A stretch of DNA of 64,000 nt from Candidatus Aenigmatarchaeota archaeon (GCA_038998585.1 JAVZGQ010000004.1:260-64259); one strand, 5' to 3'. Positions 27,102 to 36,203 are shown, counted from the stretch's first letter. Notes: generated from the letters alone by a model not told the origin. Program-made: numbers and translations.

Positions 27102-27392
27102 CTATTTTTTAATATTGTCTAGTTTTTCTTTTACAGCCAAATATCTAAAAATACCGTTTATATCTGTTCCAGGTTTAAGTCTCACCATCTTAACATTGAA
27201 AGGTTCCATGGTCTGAATATCTAGAAACATTTGAAGATGATTTTCAATAAGGCGAGAGATTGTTTTATGATGCAATTCGGTCCTTCTACTAATTTCTCTA
27301 TACCAAAGCCAGCCTTCTTCTGCCTCTTTAAGGCAATTTACGATTTTAATTATATTTTTAGCCAGATCTTTTCTCATATTACTTTTCTCCAA
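27102..27392 (-). CDS. winged-helix-like hypothetical protein
   Basis: 96 aa; WLWYREISRRTELHHKTISRLIENHL. Confidence 0.4.
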   Translation of the reverse strand: MEKSNMRKDLAKNIIKIVNCLKEAEEGWLWYREISRRTELHHKTISRLIENHLQMFLDIQTMEPFNVKMVRLKPGTDINGIFRYLAVKEKLDNIKK

Positions 27393-27461
27393 AAATATCT
27401 ATGAACAGTTGGCGCACTTTACATATATTAGTTCATTTTTTCTATTTAAATGGATTAATAT

Positions 27462-27737
27462 TCAATACCTTATTTCAAAATCCCTACTTTCTCCCCTAAA
27501 TTCTTCCCATTTTACTTCAACATTACTCACATAAGCATTTGGAGACCCCTTTCTACAAAAATCAATCATCTCCTCTACATTAGTCTTCTCACCTTCGAAA
27601 ACAGCTTCTACCCTACCATCGACGAGATTTCTTACCCAGCCAGTTACACACTTTTCTTTGGCCTTGAGTTTAGTATAATATCTAAACTTAACTCCCTGAA
27701 CAATTCCACTGACAATAACATGTGCTCTTACTTTCAT
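27462..27737 (-). CDS. acyP: acylphosphatase
   Basis: 91 aa; VSGIVQGVKFRYYT...GWVRNLVDGRVEAVFEG. Confidence 0.9.
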   Translation of the reverse strand: MKVRAHVIVSGIVQGVKFRYYTKLKAKEKCVTGWVRNLVDGRVEAVFEGEKTNVEEMIDFCRKGSPNAYVSNVEVKWEEFRGESRDFEIRY

Positions 27738-27916
27738 TTTTTTCTTCTTATCATTGGAAGGGATGTTTTTGGATTTTCAAACACTTCAAATCCCTCAGGT
27801 AGGTCAATTGCTCCAGAAGAGTCTTTGGAGAAGAAAAATAATTTTGCACCACCCTTCCCCTCTCTTAGATGAAGATAATAAACCTGACCTTTGCTATTTG
27901 TAAAGCTGAATACCAT
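27734..27916 (-). CDS. small hypothetical protein
   Basis: 60 aa; 4-nt overlap with acyP suggests co-translation; no family recognised. Confidence 0.35.
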   Translation of the reverse strand: MVFSFTNSKGQVYYLHLREGKGGAKLFFFSKDSSGAIDLPEGFEVFENPKTSLPMIRRKK

Positions 27917-27947
27917 ATTCTCACCTCAAATATATTAATAATAATGA

Positions 27948-28811
27948 TTACTTAACTATTATAGTTTCTTCAGTTTGGGCAACCGGAGCCCCACTTTCTT
28001 CTTTCAAAACATGGTAAGCCCTTATAGCACCAACTTCAATCAACTGTTTCAGTGCAAATTCAAGCTTAACCCCAGTCGCTATATCCTTTAACCATCTTTT
28101 AGCAAAAGGCATGCCCATGAACATATTTTTTGACTTTTCTATGATTTTTCTAGCCTCCCAAAGTCTTATAGGTCTATCCTTCTCATATTTATATATTAGT
28201 GTTTGACCTGCTTCTTTAACCAAACCAGTACCACTGGTTGTGAAGACCTCAATTGCTATTACTTGATTTTCTTTTATTTCATATTGGATGTTGTTTTTAC
28301 TGTTTGGTATTGTTGGTTCAGCGTGTTGGGTAAATCTTTCTAAACCATGGCCTGAAAGGTTGTAAATTGGATTTAGTTCGAATTCATTCACAGTATTTTC
28401 TATTATTTCAGAAATTTCACAAACTTTTATTCCAGGCCTAATCGCTTTTAAGGCATTTTCCACGGCTTTTTTAGAGGCTTCTATTAAGATATTATTTTCG
28501 CCTCCTATAACTACAGAAAAGGCCCTATCCCAAATATAACCATCAACATGAACACCAAAATCCACTTTAACCAAATCTCCTTCTTTTAAGACAGTAGGAT
28601 CATCTAAGTCAGGAGTATAATGGGCAGCATTTTCATTTATCGATATATTAACAGGAAAAGCGATTCCTCCACCAAGCTTTTTTATTTCATTTTCAATACT
28701 TTCTGCTATTTCGATGATTTTTACATTCTCTCGTATCAAACTTTTTGAGAATTCTAAAACACTATCAGAAATTTTCTTCGAGGCCCCGTATTTTTCTAAA
28801 GTTTCGTCCAT
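27948..28811 (-). CDS. map: methionine aminopeptidase, type II
   Basis: 287 aa; pita-bread fold metal ligands (DLVKVDFGVHVDGY, HGL, EVF) and archaeal insert. Confidence 0.9.
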   Translation of the reverse strand: MDETLEKYGASKKISDSVLEFSKSLIRENVKIIEIAESIENEIKKLGGGIAFPVNISINENAAHYTPDLDDPTVLKEGDLVKVDFGVHVDGYIWDRAFSVVIGGENNILIEASKKAVENALKAIRPGIKVCEISEIIENTVNEFELNPIYNLSGHGLERFTQHAEPTIPNSKNNIQYEIKENQVIAIEVFTTSGTGLVKEAGQTLIYKYEKDRPIRLWEARKIIEKSKNMFMGMPFAKRWLKDIATGVKLEFALKQLIEVGAIRAYHVLKEESGAPVAQTEETIIVK

Positions 28812-28866
28812 ACCATTATCTTGTTTTAGAAAAATAAATTGTTTTGATTTAAAAATTCAGGAGAAT

Positions 28867-29145
28867 TCAAGATCTTTGATCGATCTTGAGAAGAGATTTA
28901 ATTTCTTTTTTTAAAATAGTTGGTAATAGGCGGGCAATCTCTACTGCAAAGCATTTTTTTCTAATTCTCACGCTGGTTTTTTCAATCTTAAATAATATCA
29001 AACCTTTTTTGTGAAGGTTCGAGAGAGCATTCCTCACATTCCCACCAGACATTTTAAGAATTTTTGATATCTCATAAGTATTTAGACCTGGATTTCTGCA
29101 AATTAGTTGATAAATTTTGTCTTCTGCTTTCCCATGTTTTCGCAT
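28867..29145 (-). CDS. winged-helix transcriptional regulator
   Basis: 92 aa; LNTYEISKILKMSGGNVRNALSNLHKKGLI. Confidence 0.5.
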   Translation of the reverse strand: MRKHGKAEDKIYQLICRNPGLNTYEISKILKMSGGNVRNALSNLHKKGLILFKIEKTSVRIRKKCFAVEIARLLPTILKKEIKSLLKIDQRS

Positions 29146-29244
29146 CTTTACTCTCCAATTTAAAAAATTTAAAACAGTATATAAAAGCTTTTCTATGTGT
29201 TAAAAAGAAAAGATTTAATACTGTTTACAACATATGTTGTAAAT

Positions 29245-29505
29245 ATGACTAGAATACTTACAGAGTTAGAAAAAACGATATTGCTCTCTGCATTAATTTT
29301 GGCTAAAGGCAATACCAAAAAACAGTTTAAGGAAGATGATATAGTCCTTAAATTTCCGATGAGACAGAGGAAAACTGTTAGAAGGTTTGTTAAAAAATTA
29401 GTTAAAGAAAGATATTTGATCTCATCCGATAAAAATTATAAGCTTTCAGAAGAAGGATTGAAAATTGCTTCTAAATTGTTATATGAAGGCGGGACATTTG
29501 TTTAG
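29245..29505 (+). CDS. hypothetical winged-helix-like protein
   Basis: MTRILTELEKTILLSAL...; ATG 29245 preferred over 29197. Confidence 0.35.
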   Translation: MTRILTELEKTILLSALILAKGNTKKQFKEDDIVLKFPMRQRKTVRRFVKKLVKERYLISSDKNYKLSEEGLKIASKLLYEGGTFV

Positions 29506-29514
29506 TGAATTAAA

Positions 29515-30549
29515 ATGAAAGAAAAGTTTAAGAAAGCACTTTTTTGGCACAGAGAAAAAGCAGGCAGTTTTTTTGGAGTTAGATGCGATCTTTGTGCTAG
29601 AAAGTGTTTTATTATAGAAGGAAATAGAGGATTTTGTATGACGAGAAAAAACATAGGAAACGAACTTTTTGTTTTAAATTATGGGAAGGTTGTGGCTATC
29701 AATTTAGATCCAATAGAAAAGAAGCCACTTTATCATTTTTATCCTGGGTCTTTAACTTTATCTTATGCATGTGCTGGATGTAATTGGGCATGTGACTTTT
29801 GCTGTAATTTTGATATCACCCATATCGAATCACCAGAAAATTTAGGAAATAATTTTGAACCAAAACAGATAGTTGAAATGGCTGAAAGAGAAAATGTAAA
29901 AATAATCAGCCACACTTATACCGAGCCGACCGTTTTCTTCGAGTTTGCTTATGAAGTTGCTAAAGTTGCTCATAAGAAAGGGATAAAGAATACTTTTGTC
30001 ACAAATGGTTATATAACTGAGGAACCTTTAAGAAAAATTTCAAAATTTTTGGATGCGGCTACAGTTGACTTTAAGGCTTCGGGTGATGAAGCTTTTTTAC
30101 AAAAATATGCTTCCCTGCCATCAATAAAACCAGTTTTTGAGACTTTGAAGCTTATGAAAGAACTAAAGATTCATATAGAAATTACAAATCTAATAATTCC
30201 TAAGATTGGGAACAGAAAAGATAGATTTAGGTATCTTATTAATTGGATTTTAAAAAATTTAGGTCCTGAAACACCAATTCACATAATAAGATTTTTCCCT
30301 AGCTATAAGATGAATTTGGAGCCCACGCCAATTTCAACGCTTGAAGATTTTGCTAAAGAAGCTAGAGAAATTGGCTTGAAATATGTTTATGTTGGAAATG
30401 TGCCAGCACATGAGTGGGCGAATACATATTGTTTGAATTGTGGAACTTTACTCATCGAAAGATTCGGATTTGAAGTAAAATCAAACTTAAAAGATGATAA
30501 ATGTCCCAAATGCGGTAAAAAACCTGAAGGATTTATATTAGAAGATTAA
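29515..30549 (+). CDS. amrS: AmmeMemoRadiSam system radical SAM enzyme
   Basis: 344 aa; N-terminal Cys cluster CDLCARKC..C, radical-SAM CNWACDFC, C-terminal CLNC..CPKC. Confidence 0.8.
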   Translation: MKEKFKKALFWHREKAGSFFGVRCDLCARKCFIIEGNRGFCMTRKNIGNELFVLNYGKVVAINLDPIEKKPLYHFYPGSLTLSYACAGCNWACDFCCNFDITHIESPENLGNNFEPKQIVEMAERENVKIISHTYTEPTVFFEFAYEVAKVAHKKGIKNTFVTNGYITEEPLRKISKFLDAATVDFKASGDEAFLQKYASLPSIKPVFETLKLMKELKIHIEITNLIIPKIGNRKDRFRYLINWILKNLGPETPIHIIRFFPSYKMNLEPTPISTLEDFAKEAREIGLKYVYVGNVPAHEWANTYCLNCGTLLIERFGFEVKSNLKDDKCPKCGKKPEGFILED

Positions 30550-30564
30550 ATAATAGATGATTAT

Positions 30565-30858
30565 ATGGTGACAAAAAACCAAATTTTATCCACATTAAAA
30601 AAATGTTTTGACCCAGAGATACCTATCAATATAGTTGATTTGGGTTTAATTTATGGTGTGGAAGTTAAAGATGGTAATGTTAAGATTAAAATGGGTCTAA
30701 CATCGCCGGGATGTCCAATGCAATCTTATATCATAGAAGATGTTAAGAATAAAATTTCTAAGATAAAGGGCGTGAAAAAGGTTGATGTTAGTATGGTTTT
30801 TGAACCATGGTCTCCTGATAGAATATCAAAAAAAGCTAAAAAGAAATTGGGGTGGTGA
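30565..30858 (+). CDS. DUF59/MIP18-family Fe-S assembly protein
   Basis: 97 aa; CFDPEIPINIVDLGLIYGV...LTSPGCPM. Confidence 0.8.
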   Translation: MVTKNQILSTLKKCFDPEIPINIVDLGLIYGVEVKDGNVKIKMGLTSPGCPMQSYIIEDVKNKISKIKGVKKVDVSMVFEPWSPDRISKKAKKKLGW

Positions 30859-30859
30859 A

Positions 30860-31099
30860 ATGGCTTATAAAATTTTGCATGAAAAGGACGCTTGTATCGG
30901 TTGTGGCGCATGTGTTGCCGCATGTGAAAAATTTTGGGGGTTTAAAGAAGGAAAATCAAATTTAAAGGGTGCTAAAAAAGTTGGTATAAATTTCGAGCTA
31001 GAAGTTGAGAAACTGGATTGTATAAAAGATTCTGCAGAAGTTTGTCCAGTAAATTGTATCCATATAATTGACTTGAAAACGGGTAAAAAGGTCATTTAG
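30860..31099 (+). CDS. 4Fe-4S ferredoxin-like protein
   Basis: 79 aa from ATG 30860 (GGTGGTGA upstream); CIGCGACVAAC and C-terminal CP motif. Confidence 0.7.
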   Translation: MAYKILHEKDACIGCGACVAACEKFWGFKEGKSNLKGAKKVGINFELEVEKLDCIKDSAEVCPVNCIHIIDLKTGKKVI

Positions 31100-31862
31100 A
31101 TTTATGTTTGGGTTTTTTGAATTTTACAAAAAGTTTGGTAAAACCCCAAATTATAATCAATATTATGCCAGAAATAAGGAAAATCATGAAAATTTGATTG
31201 AGTTGATTAAAAATCAAATCTAGTATATTTTCGCTTATTGGCATTTCTTTTAAAATCTTTTCTGACATCAATTTTTTGAAATATGGTAGTAAGAAATAAA
31301 ATATTCCTATGAAGAGGAACTCGAAGCCAAAAATTTTGAGCCTGCCTGTCCAGGTTTCTATTGAGACGAAAAGTAAAATACCAAATATTATTGTTAATAT
31401 GTAGAGGGGTTTTATGATGCTGCTGAAAAAATTATGTCCCTTAAAACTGAAGAAAACAAAAATATCTTCACCAGTTTTTATTTCTTTTAAACATTCAGTA
31501 ATTTCACATTCGTAATTCTTATAATATGTTTGGTTAAAAGATTTTTCGGCTATTAGATTAAGCATATAGTTAGGGTTTGTATTTATTATTTCAGAGCATT
31601 TCAAGCTTATGTTGTTTGGTAGTTGTATAGATTCATCTGGTTTTAGATTACAATATGTTGCTGTAGCGTTATATATTTCCTCAATTTCTAACGTTCTATT
31701 CTTCACAGCCTCTTTGAAAAGAATTGTAAAAAGATTTTTTGCGTTATCATAGTTAGTAAGATTGTATATGAAAAATGTCAAAATCGATAGAGATAGAAAA
31801 AGTGAGAATAAAAAGAGTGTTGCGGTTTTTGTTATGTTTCTTATTAAACCCATTTTAATCAT
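31092..31862 (-). CDS. integral membrane protein, unknown function
   Basis: 256 aa; N-terminal TM, extracytoplasmic Cys-containing domain, four C-terminal TM helices. Confidence 0.5.
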   Translation of the reverse strand: MIKMGLIRNITKTATLFLFSLFLSLSILTFFIYNLTNYDNAKNLFTILFKEAVKNRTLEIEEIYNATATYCNLKPDESIQLPNNISLKCSEIINTNPNYMLNLIAEKSFNQTYYKNYECEITECLKEIKTGEDIFVFFSFKGHNFFSSIIKPLYILTIIFGILLFVSIETWTGRLKIFGFEFLFIGIFYFLLPYFKKLMSEKILKEMPISENILDLIFNQLNQIFMIFLISGIILIIIWGFTKLFVKFKKPKHKSK

Positions 31863-32565
31863 CTTTAAAAAAACTTAATATTTTTTTCTGTTTCTTTTTA
31901 TTTAAAACTTCTTCTTTTGTTATTCCAAGAGCTTTCAAGACACGCATACTTGCAGGGAGAATCTGATGATTAATATAATATTCTTGATCATATTCACCAA
32001 GTTTGACATCTTCAACTGGTTCAGCTCTATCTGAAATAGAGCCAGAGCCTTTTACTATCACGAAACCTATGACACTCCCCTCACCTATTGGTCTTCCCCT
32101 AGCTTTTGCCTTTTCTGCTGCTCTTACATGCGGTCCAATTTGTTCATATTGGTTTAATGGGCGGGTAATTTGTTCAAAAATTGTCAAATCTTCTAAAGGC
32201 ACTTTTCCCTCTTTAATTTTTTTAATTGTATCGCGAACTAACTGAACCGCTTTAGCAGGATTTTTTTCTCTAAGAATTGTTACTAAAACTTTTCTTTGAA
32301 TTTCTTTTGCCAGTGCACACCAATCTCTACGAACAGTTTTTCGGTGCTAGAAAGCACTTTCGAACCCACGAACTTCTAGATTCCCTTCATAATCAATTAA
32401 AGCGTATCTTTTCTTTGCACCTACTTCACCTTTTTCTCTAGCCACAAAAATCCCAACTTCATACAAACCTCTGAATTCTAGTTCTATAATCCCTGGTAGT
32501 TGTTTGTTAACTTTTTCCGCGAATTCCAAGGCCCTTTTCTTCAAATATTCAATTTTTTCATTCAT
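31855..32565 (-). CDS. polB: family-B DNA polymerase, C-terminal (thumb) cistron, interrupted by a 21-nt TAG-containing element
   Basis: ATG 32565 preceded by GAGGTG. NEKIEYLKKRALEF..LPGIIELEFRGLYEVGIFVAREKGEVGAKKRYALIDYEGNLEVRGFE, then [SAF*HRK], then TVRRDWCALAKE...GPHVRAAEKA...EYYINHQILPA, all in one frame. Confidence 0.85.
32338..32358 (-). other. candidate bulge-helix-bulge mini-intron inside polB
   Basis: Minus strand TTCG(32364..32361)-AAA-GTGCT-TTCT-AGCAC-CGAA(32343..32340)-AAA: 4-bp central helix flanked by two 3-nt bulges plus a 5-bp inner hairpin. Contains the in-frame TAG (32349..32347). Confidence 0.6.
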
Positions 32566-32798
32566 TAATTACACCTCGCTCTTATTATAATATAGAATCT
32601 TAATATTTAGTGAATTCACAATTTTACCTTATAACCACATAACCATCACTACTGAACAGATCTAGAAGATATTCAATACCACACTTTTTGAGAATTAAAT
32701 ATGTTAAATTATATGATCAATTTTCATCTTAGAACTCCAAGATTCAAATTATAGATAAACTTTGTGAAAAATAGATAATTCTTTATTTTTAATTATTT

Positions 32799-34595
32799 TT
32801 AACCAATTGTAGCGAAACAAGAATCAGTATCAGCATAAATTACTTCAAAACCTTCTCTTTTTGCCATTTCTATTACTTGAGTTATATAATATCTTCCAAA
32901 AGCCGCAACCGCGGCTCCACACTCTCTTCTATACCATCTGCTCCCAAAAAACCCGAAATAACCATAGACTGCATTACTAAGTATCTTAAGACCATGTTGC
33001 ATATTATTCAATTTTTTGAGTTCTTTAGAATTTTTCTCAATCTTTTTTATTTGTTCTTTAATTTTTTTTCTCTTTTCAATTAATTCCTCTAAATGTTTTG
33101 GTATGAAACCTTTATTTTTTATACAAAAATGCCACTTGGTTTCAGGAACTTTGTTTTTTTCTTTACATTCAATATGCTCACAATTTAGAGTTTCTGGACT
33201 TATGTTATGAGTAACTATTATTGTTGGGTACAAACTTCTGAAATCAAAAACTAAAATGTCTGAATGAATTCCCTTTTTTGGTTCGATTACTATTGCTCCT
33301 TTGTAAGCTCGATCCATCTTCCTCTTTTCTATTTCTTCTGTTTTTGGTCTATTCGGTATTATTACGTTATCAATAAAGGCCTTTCTCATATAAAAGGCTT
33401 CTACAAGCTGGGAATAAGTGTTCCTACACACATCAAATGCCAAAAGACCAGTTAATCTGCTTAAGGTAAATATTTGAGGCAAGATTAGTTCAGAGAGTTT
33501 AAAAGTTAAGACAGAATCATGTAAGCTATATTCAGCCAATCTTTCCATTTCCTTCTTTTTACTCCAAATTTCCACCATTTCCTTATATTTCAATTCCTTT
33601 TTACCAATTCCAAGCAATTCTTGTGCCACCTCATTCAAAGTTAAAACTTCGCTTTTCAGATTTGCTGATAAAATATGGTCAACGAAGTTGAATAGGTCCA
33701 TATGCACCCTTCCCTTAATTTTTGTTGAGCTTACTCTACCTCTTCTAACTAAATTTATTGTTGAGTTATCTCTCCCAAGTTTAATGGGGATCTTCAGTTC
33801 ATCAGCTCTTTCTTTAAGCTTTGGAAAATCAAAATTATCACCATTATAAGTGCATATGAAGTCTGGATCTTCTTCTTCTACAATTTCTAAAAACCTTTCT
33901 ATTATTTCTTTTTCACTTTTGATTGATTCTACATAATCTGGCTGATTTTCCCAGTGTTCAGATGTTAAGACTATTTTCTTTCCTTTATTTGAAACGAGGC
34001 TTAGCATAATAATTTTTGATTTTCCATTTTCTTCTATGAATTCTATATCAAAGGCCAGGACATTTAGCTTAACATCTTTTTCTCGTTTAATTGGCTTAAC
34101 AGAATTAGCTTTTATTATACAGCTCACTTTATAATTTTCTTTATTCTCCATCTCTTCTCCATCTACCTCAATCCAGTTCATAGGCTCAATTTGCCTGTCT
34201 ATCAAGTAGCGCTTGTAGAGTGGGATATCATACTCATAAGTTTCTTCTACATCTTCCCAATCTTTCACAATTTTTCTTATTTCCTGAATTTTTCTTGGGT
34301 TATCAATCACCACTTTCAGAATTTTTATATCACCAAGCTGTAATTTTTTTTCTGTTACTATAATTTTGAGTATTTTAGTTTCAAGATGTTTTGTGTCAAT
34401 AGTTTCAATTTTTTTCTTAACCTCGCCGATCTTGTCTTTCTTTGGCATTACATAAAAGTAAGGATAAAAGGTTTGATCCAAAACCAAGAAGCTCTTGCCT
34501 TTAGAATCTTTACAGTAAAGTCTGACAGTAGTTTTATTTTCTATTACTGTGTAATCTGCATCTAAAAGGAGTAATTTTTTTTTCAATAAAATCAC
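32799..34595 (-). CDS. polB: family-B DNA polymerase, N-terminal cistron (exonuclease, palm and fingers through motif C)
   Basis: 598 aa; ExoI FDIEF, ExoII YNGDNFDFP, motif A DFRSLYPTII, motif B KILSNAVYGYFG, motif C YADTDS; ends ...CFATIG-TAA. Confidence 0.9.
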   Translation of the reverse strand: MILLKKKLLLLDADYTVIENKTTVRLYCKDSKGKSFLVLDQTFYPYFYVMPKKDKIGEVKKKIETIDTKHLETKILKIIVTEKKLQLGDIKILKVVIDNPRKIQEIRKIVKDWEDVEETYEYDIPLYKRYLIDRQIEPMNWIEVDGEEMENKENYKVSCIIKANSVKPIKREKDVKLNVLAFDIEFIEENGKSKIIMLSLVSNKGKKIVLTSEHWENQPDYVESIKSEKEIIERFLEIVEEEDPDFICTYNGDNFDFPKLKERADELKIPIKLGRDNSTINLVRRGRVSSTKIKGRVHMDLFNFVDHILSANLKSEVLTLNEVAQELLGIGKKELKYKEMVEIWSKKKEMERLAEYSLHDSVLTFKLSELILPQIFTLSRLTGLLAFDVCRNTYSQLVEAFYMRKAFIDNVIIPNRPKTEEIEKRKMDRAYKGAIVIEPKKGIHSDILVFDFRSLYPTIIVTHNISPETLNCEHIECKEKNKVPETKWHFCIKNKGFIPKHLEELIEKRKKIKEQIKKIEKNSKELKKLNNMQHGLKILSNAVYGYFGFFGSRWYRRECGAAVAAFGRYYITQVIEMAKREGFEVIYADTDSCFATIG

Positions 34596-34662
34596 TAATA
34601 ATTATTTTTTCTTTTTAAAAGAATTTAGTTTGAAAAAGTATAATGAGAATATTTTTTAATTT

Positions 34663-35304
34663 TCATTTAAAAATAAAGCCAGTTTTTCGACACCATAATA
34701 ATAGATCTAATTCATCAAGGGGTATATTTATTTGTTTTGAAAATTTTTTCATCTCATTTTCAATTTTCAAATATTCTTTTTTTGTCAAACTTTTTGGAAT
34801 TTTTTCAATTATTCCAAATTCCTTTAAACTTCTTAAAATATGAATATCAAGTATTGATAGCTGATTTTCACTAAGACCAACGTTTCTCAAGAAATGGGAA
34901 GCTTCTTTCATTCCCAGGCCTTTTATATTGTTAACAAACCATTCTCTGAGTTCTAAAGGATCTATGAAAGTTTGAAGAAATTCTTTAATTTGAATTTTTC
35001 CATCCACAGTAAACTTTTTTCTAGCCTCAACAATATAGTTTGTTTTGTTTTTACTAAACCTCACTTTTAGGAATGGTAGTATTTGCTCTGCAGTACCCCT
35101 ATATAATAAACCATTCCCCGCCAATTTACTTATATATTCCCAAGTGTCTTTTGCTTTTGACTGGGGCGTACAAATACAGAAAGCTAGTTCGGCAAAGATC
35201 CTTTCATTGTCCTCATTCATCATTTGTTTGAATTCTGAAATCCTATTTCTAATTTCTCCTTTCTTTTCTTCATACAGCTTCAACAATTCTTCAATTTTAT
35301 TCAT
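34663..35304 (-). CDS. ogg: 8-oxoguanine DNA glycosylase/AP lyase, Ogg2-type HhH-GPD
   Basis: 213 aa; FAELAFCICTPQS, HhH GLGMKEASHFLRNVG followed by ILDIH. Confidence 0.75.
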   Translation of the reverse strand: MNKIEELLKLYEEKKGEIRNRISEFKQMMNEDNERIFAELAFCICTPQSKAKDTWEYISKLAGNGLLYRGTAEQILPFLKVRFSKNKTNYIVEARKKFTVDGKIQIKEFLQTFIDPLELREWFVNNIKGLGMKEASHFLRNVGLSENQLSILDIHILRSLKEFGIIEKIPKSLTKKEYLKIENEMKKFSKQINIPLDELDLLLWCRKTGFIFK

Positions 35305-36203
35305 ATTTTATTCTCCATAAAAAATTTCTTCTCTTTAATTTCGGGGTATTTTTGGTAAAGTTCTTTTCTTCTTGCTTCTAACATATCTACCGGTTTACCT
35401 AAAAATTCAGCAGCTGTTAGAACTTGAGTTCTCATTTCTTCACCAGCTTTAAATACCGAAGCTGTTTTTTCCTTATATTTTAAATCTCTTAACAAATGAT
35501 GATCTAAAATTAAAGTTTTTGGCGACACATCTTCTAAAATTTTTATTAAATTTCTTATAGAGGATTTAAAATTTTCATATTTATATCTGTAACCAAGCAT
35601 GTAAGTCACAGGCCCGTCAACAATCAAAAAATTTGGTCTATTCTCTAGAATAAATTCAACCTGATCTTTTATTGCAGGCCCCTCAACATCACTTGTGAAA
35701 ATGAATTTTTCATTACCTTCTTTTATCAAAGTTTCAACGACCCAACCTAATTTTTGATCAGTGCCATGAAAAACTGGTTGAGAAAAGACGATTTCTGTCC
35801 CACCAAACCTAAATTCTTTCCCATCTATGTACTCTAGACTTTCGGGCAAATCTCCAATTTTTTCAAGAAAAAAGGAGGCCCTTTGTTTTTGACTGAGATT
35901 TATTTTTTCTGTAGGATGTTTGATAAGGACAATTTTTTTCTCAAACTGGATAGGCTCATCCCAAGAAAAATGATCAAAATGAAAGTGGGTTATAATAATG
36001 ATATCAGATTCTTTAGAAATCTTAAGAATTTCTTTCCAACTTTCTTGCATTCTTCGCAATTCTATTATGTGGGGCTCAAGTTTAAATCTTAAAGGAGCTA
36101 ATGATACTGACGGATCAATTAAAATTTTTATATCTTTTGTGATTACTTGAGTACACATGCTACGAACTCCAAATGAATCAAAACTTATTGGAACAATTTT
36201 CAT
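35301..36203 (-). CDS. MBL-fold metallo-hydrolase (UPF0282-like)
   Basis: 300 aa; HFHFDHF metal motif. Confidence 0.65.
   Translation of the reverse strand: MKIVPISFDSFGVRSMCTQVITKDIKILIDPSVSLAPLRFKLEPHIIELRRMQESWKEILKISKESDIIIITHFHFDHFSWDEPIQFEKKIVLIKHPTEKINLSQKQRASFFLEKIGDLPESLEYIDGKEFRFGGTEIVFSQPVFHGTDQKLGWVVETLIKEGNEKFIFTSDVEGPAIKDQVEFILENRPNFLIVDGPVTYMLGYRYKYENFKSSIRNLIKILEDVSPKTLILDHHLLRDLKYKEKTASVFKAGEEMRTQVLTAAEFLGKPVDMLEARRKELYQKYPEIKEKKFFMENKI

Noticed and set aside
28850-28885. 8-bp inverted repeat TCAAGATC...GATCTTGA as a terminator
   Set aside because: It lies within the last codons of the 28867..29145 gene, has no adjacent T run, and contains GATC palindromes that make such pairing likely by chance.
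32347-32349. TAG inside polB as a recoded sense codon (pyrrolysine or code change) or simple read-through
   Set aside because: TAG terminates hel308, nop5 and ORF 16049..16945 at positions matching normal protein ends. The seven codons around this TAG are also an insertion relative to the conserved RGxE-VRRDW motif, so excision explains more than read-through. A pseudogene remains the main alternative.
32337-32364. T4 gene-60-style translational bypass using the repeated CGAAA at both edges of the polB element
   Set aside because: Landing on the second GAA would continue in the wrong frame (AAA CTG TTC GTA...). Only removal of exactly 21 nt keeps the polymerase frame.
32566-32798. Intein at the polB break (Cys directly after DTDS, a classic pol intein region)
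   Set aside because: DSCFATIG aligns with the normal extein sequence DGFFATIPG. The frame stops after 6 more codons. The 233-bp spacer has stops in the polB frame and no Hint or endonuclease blocks.
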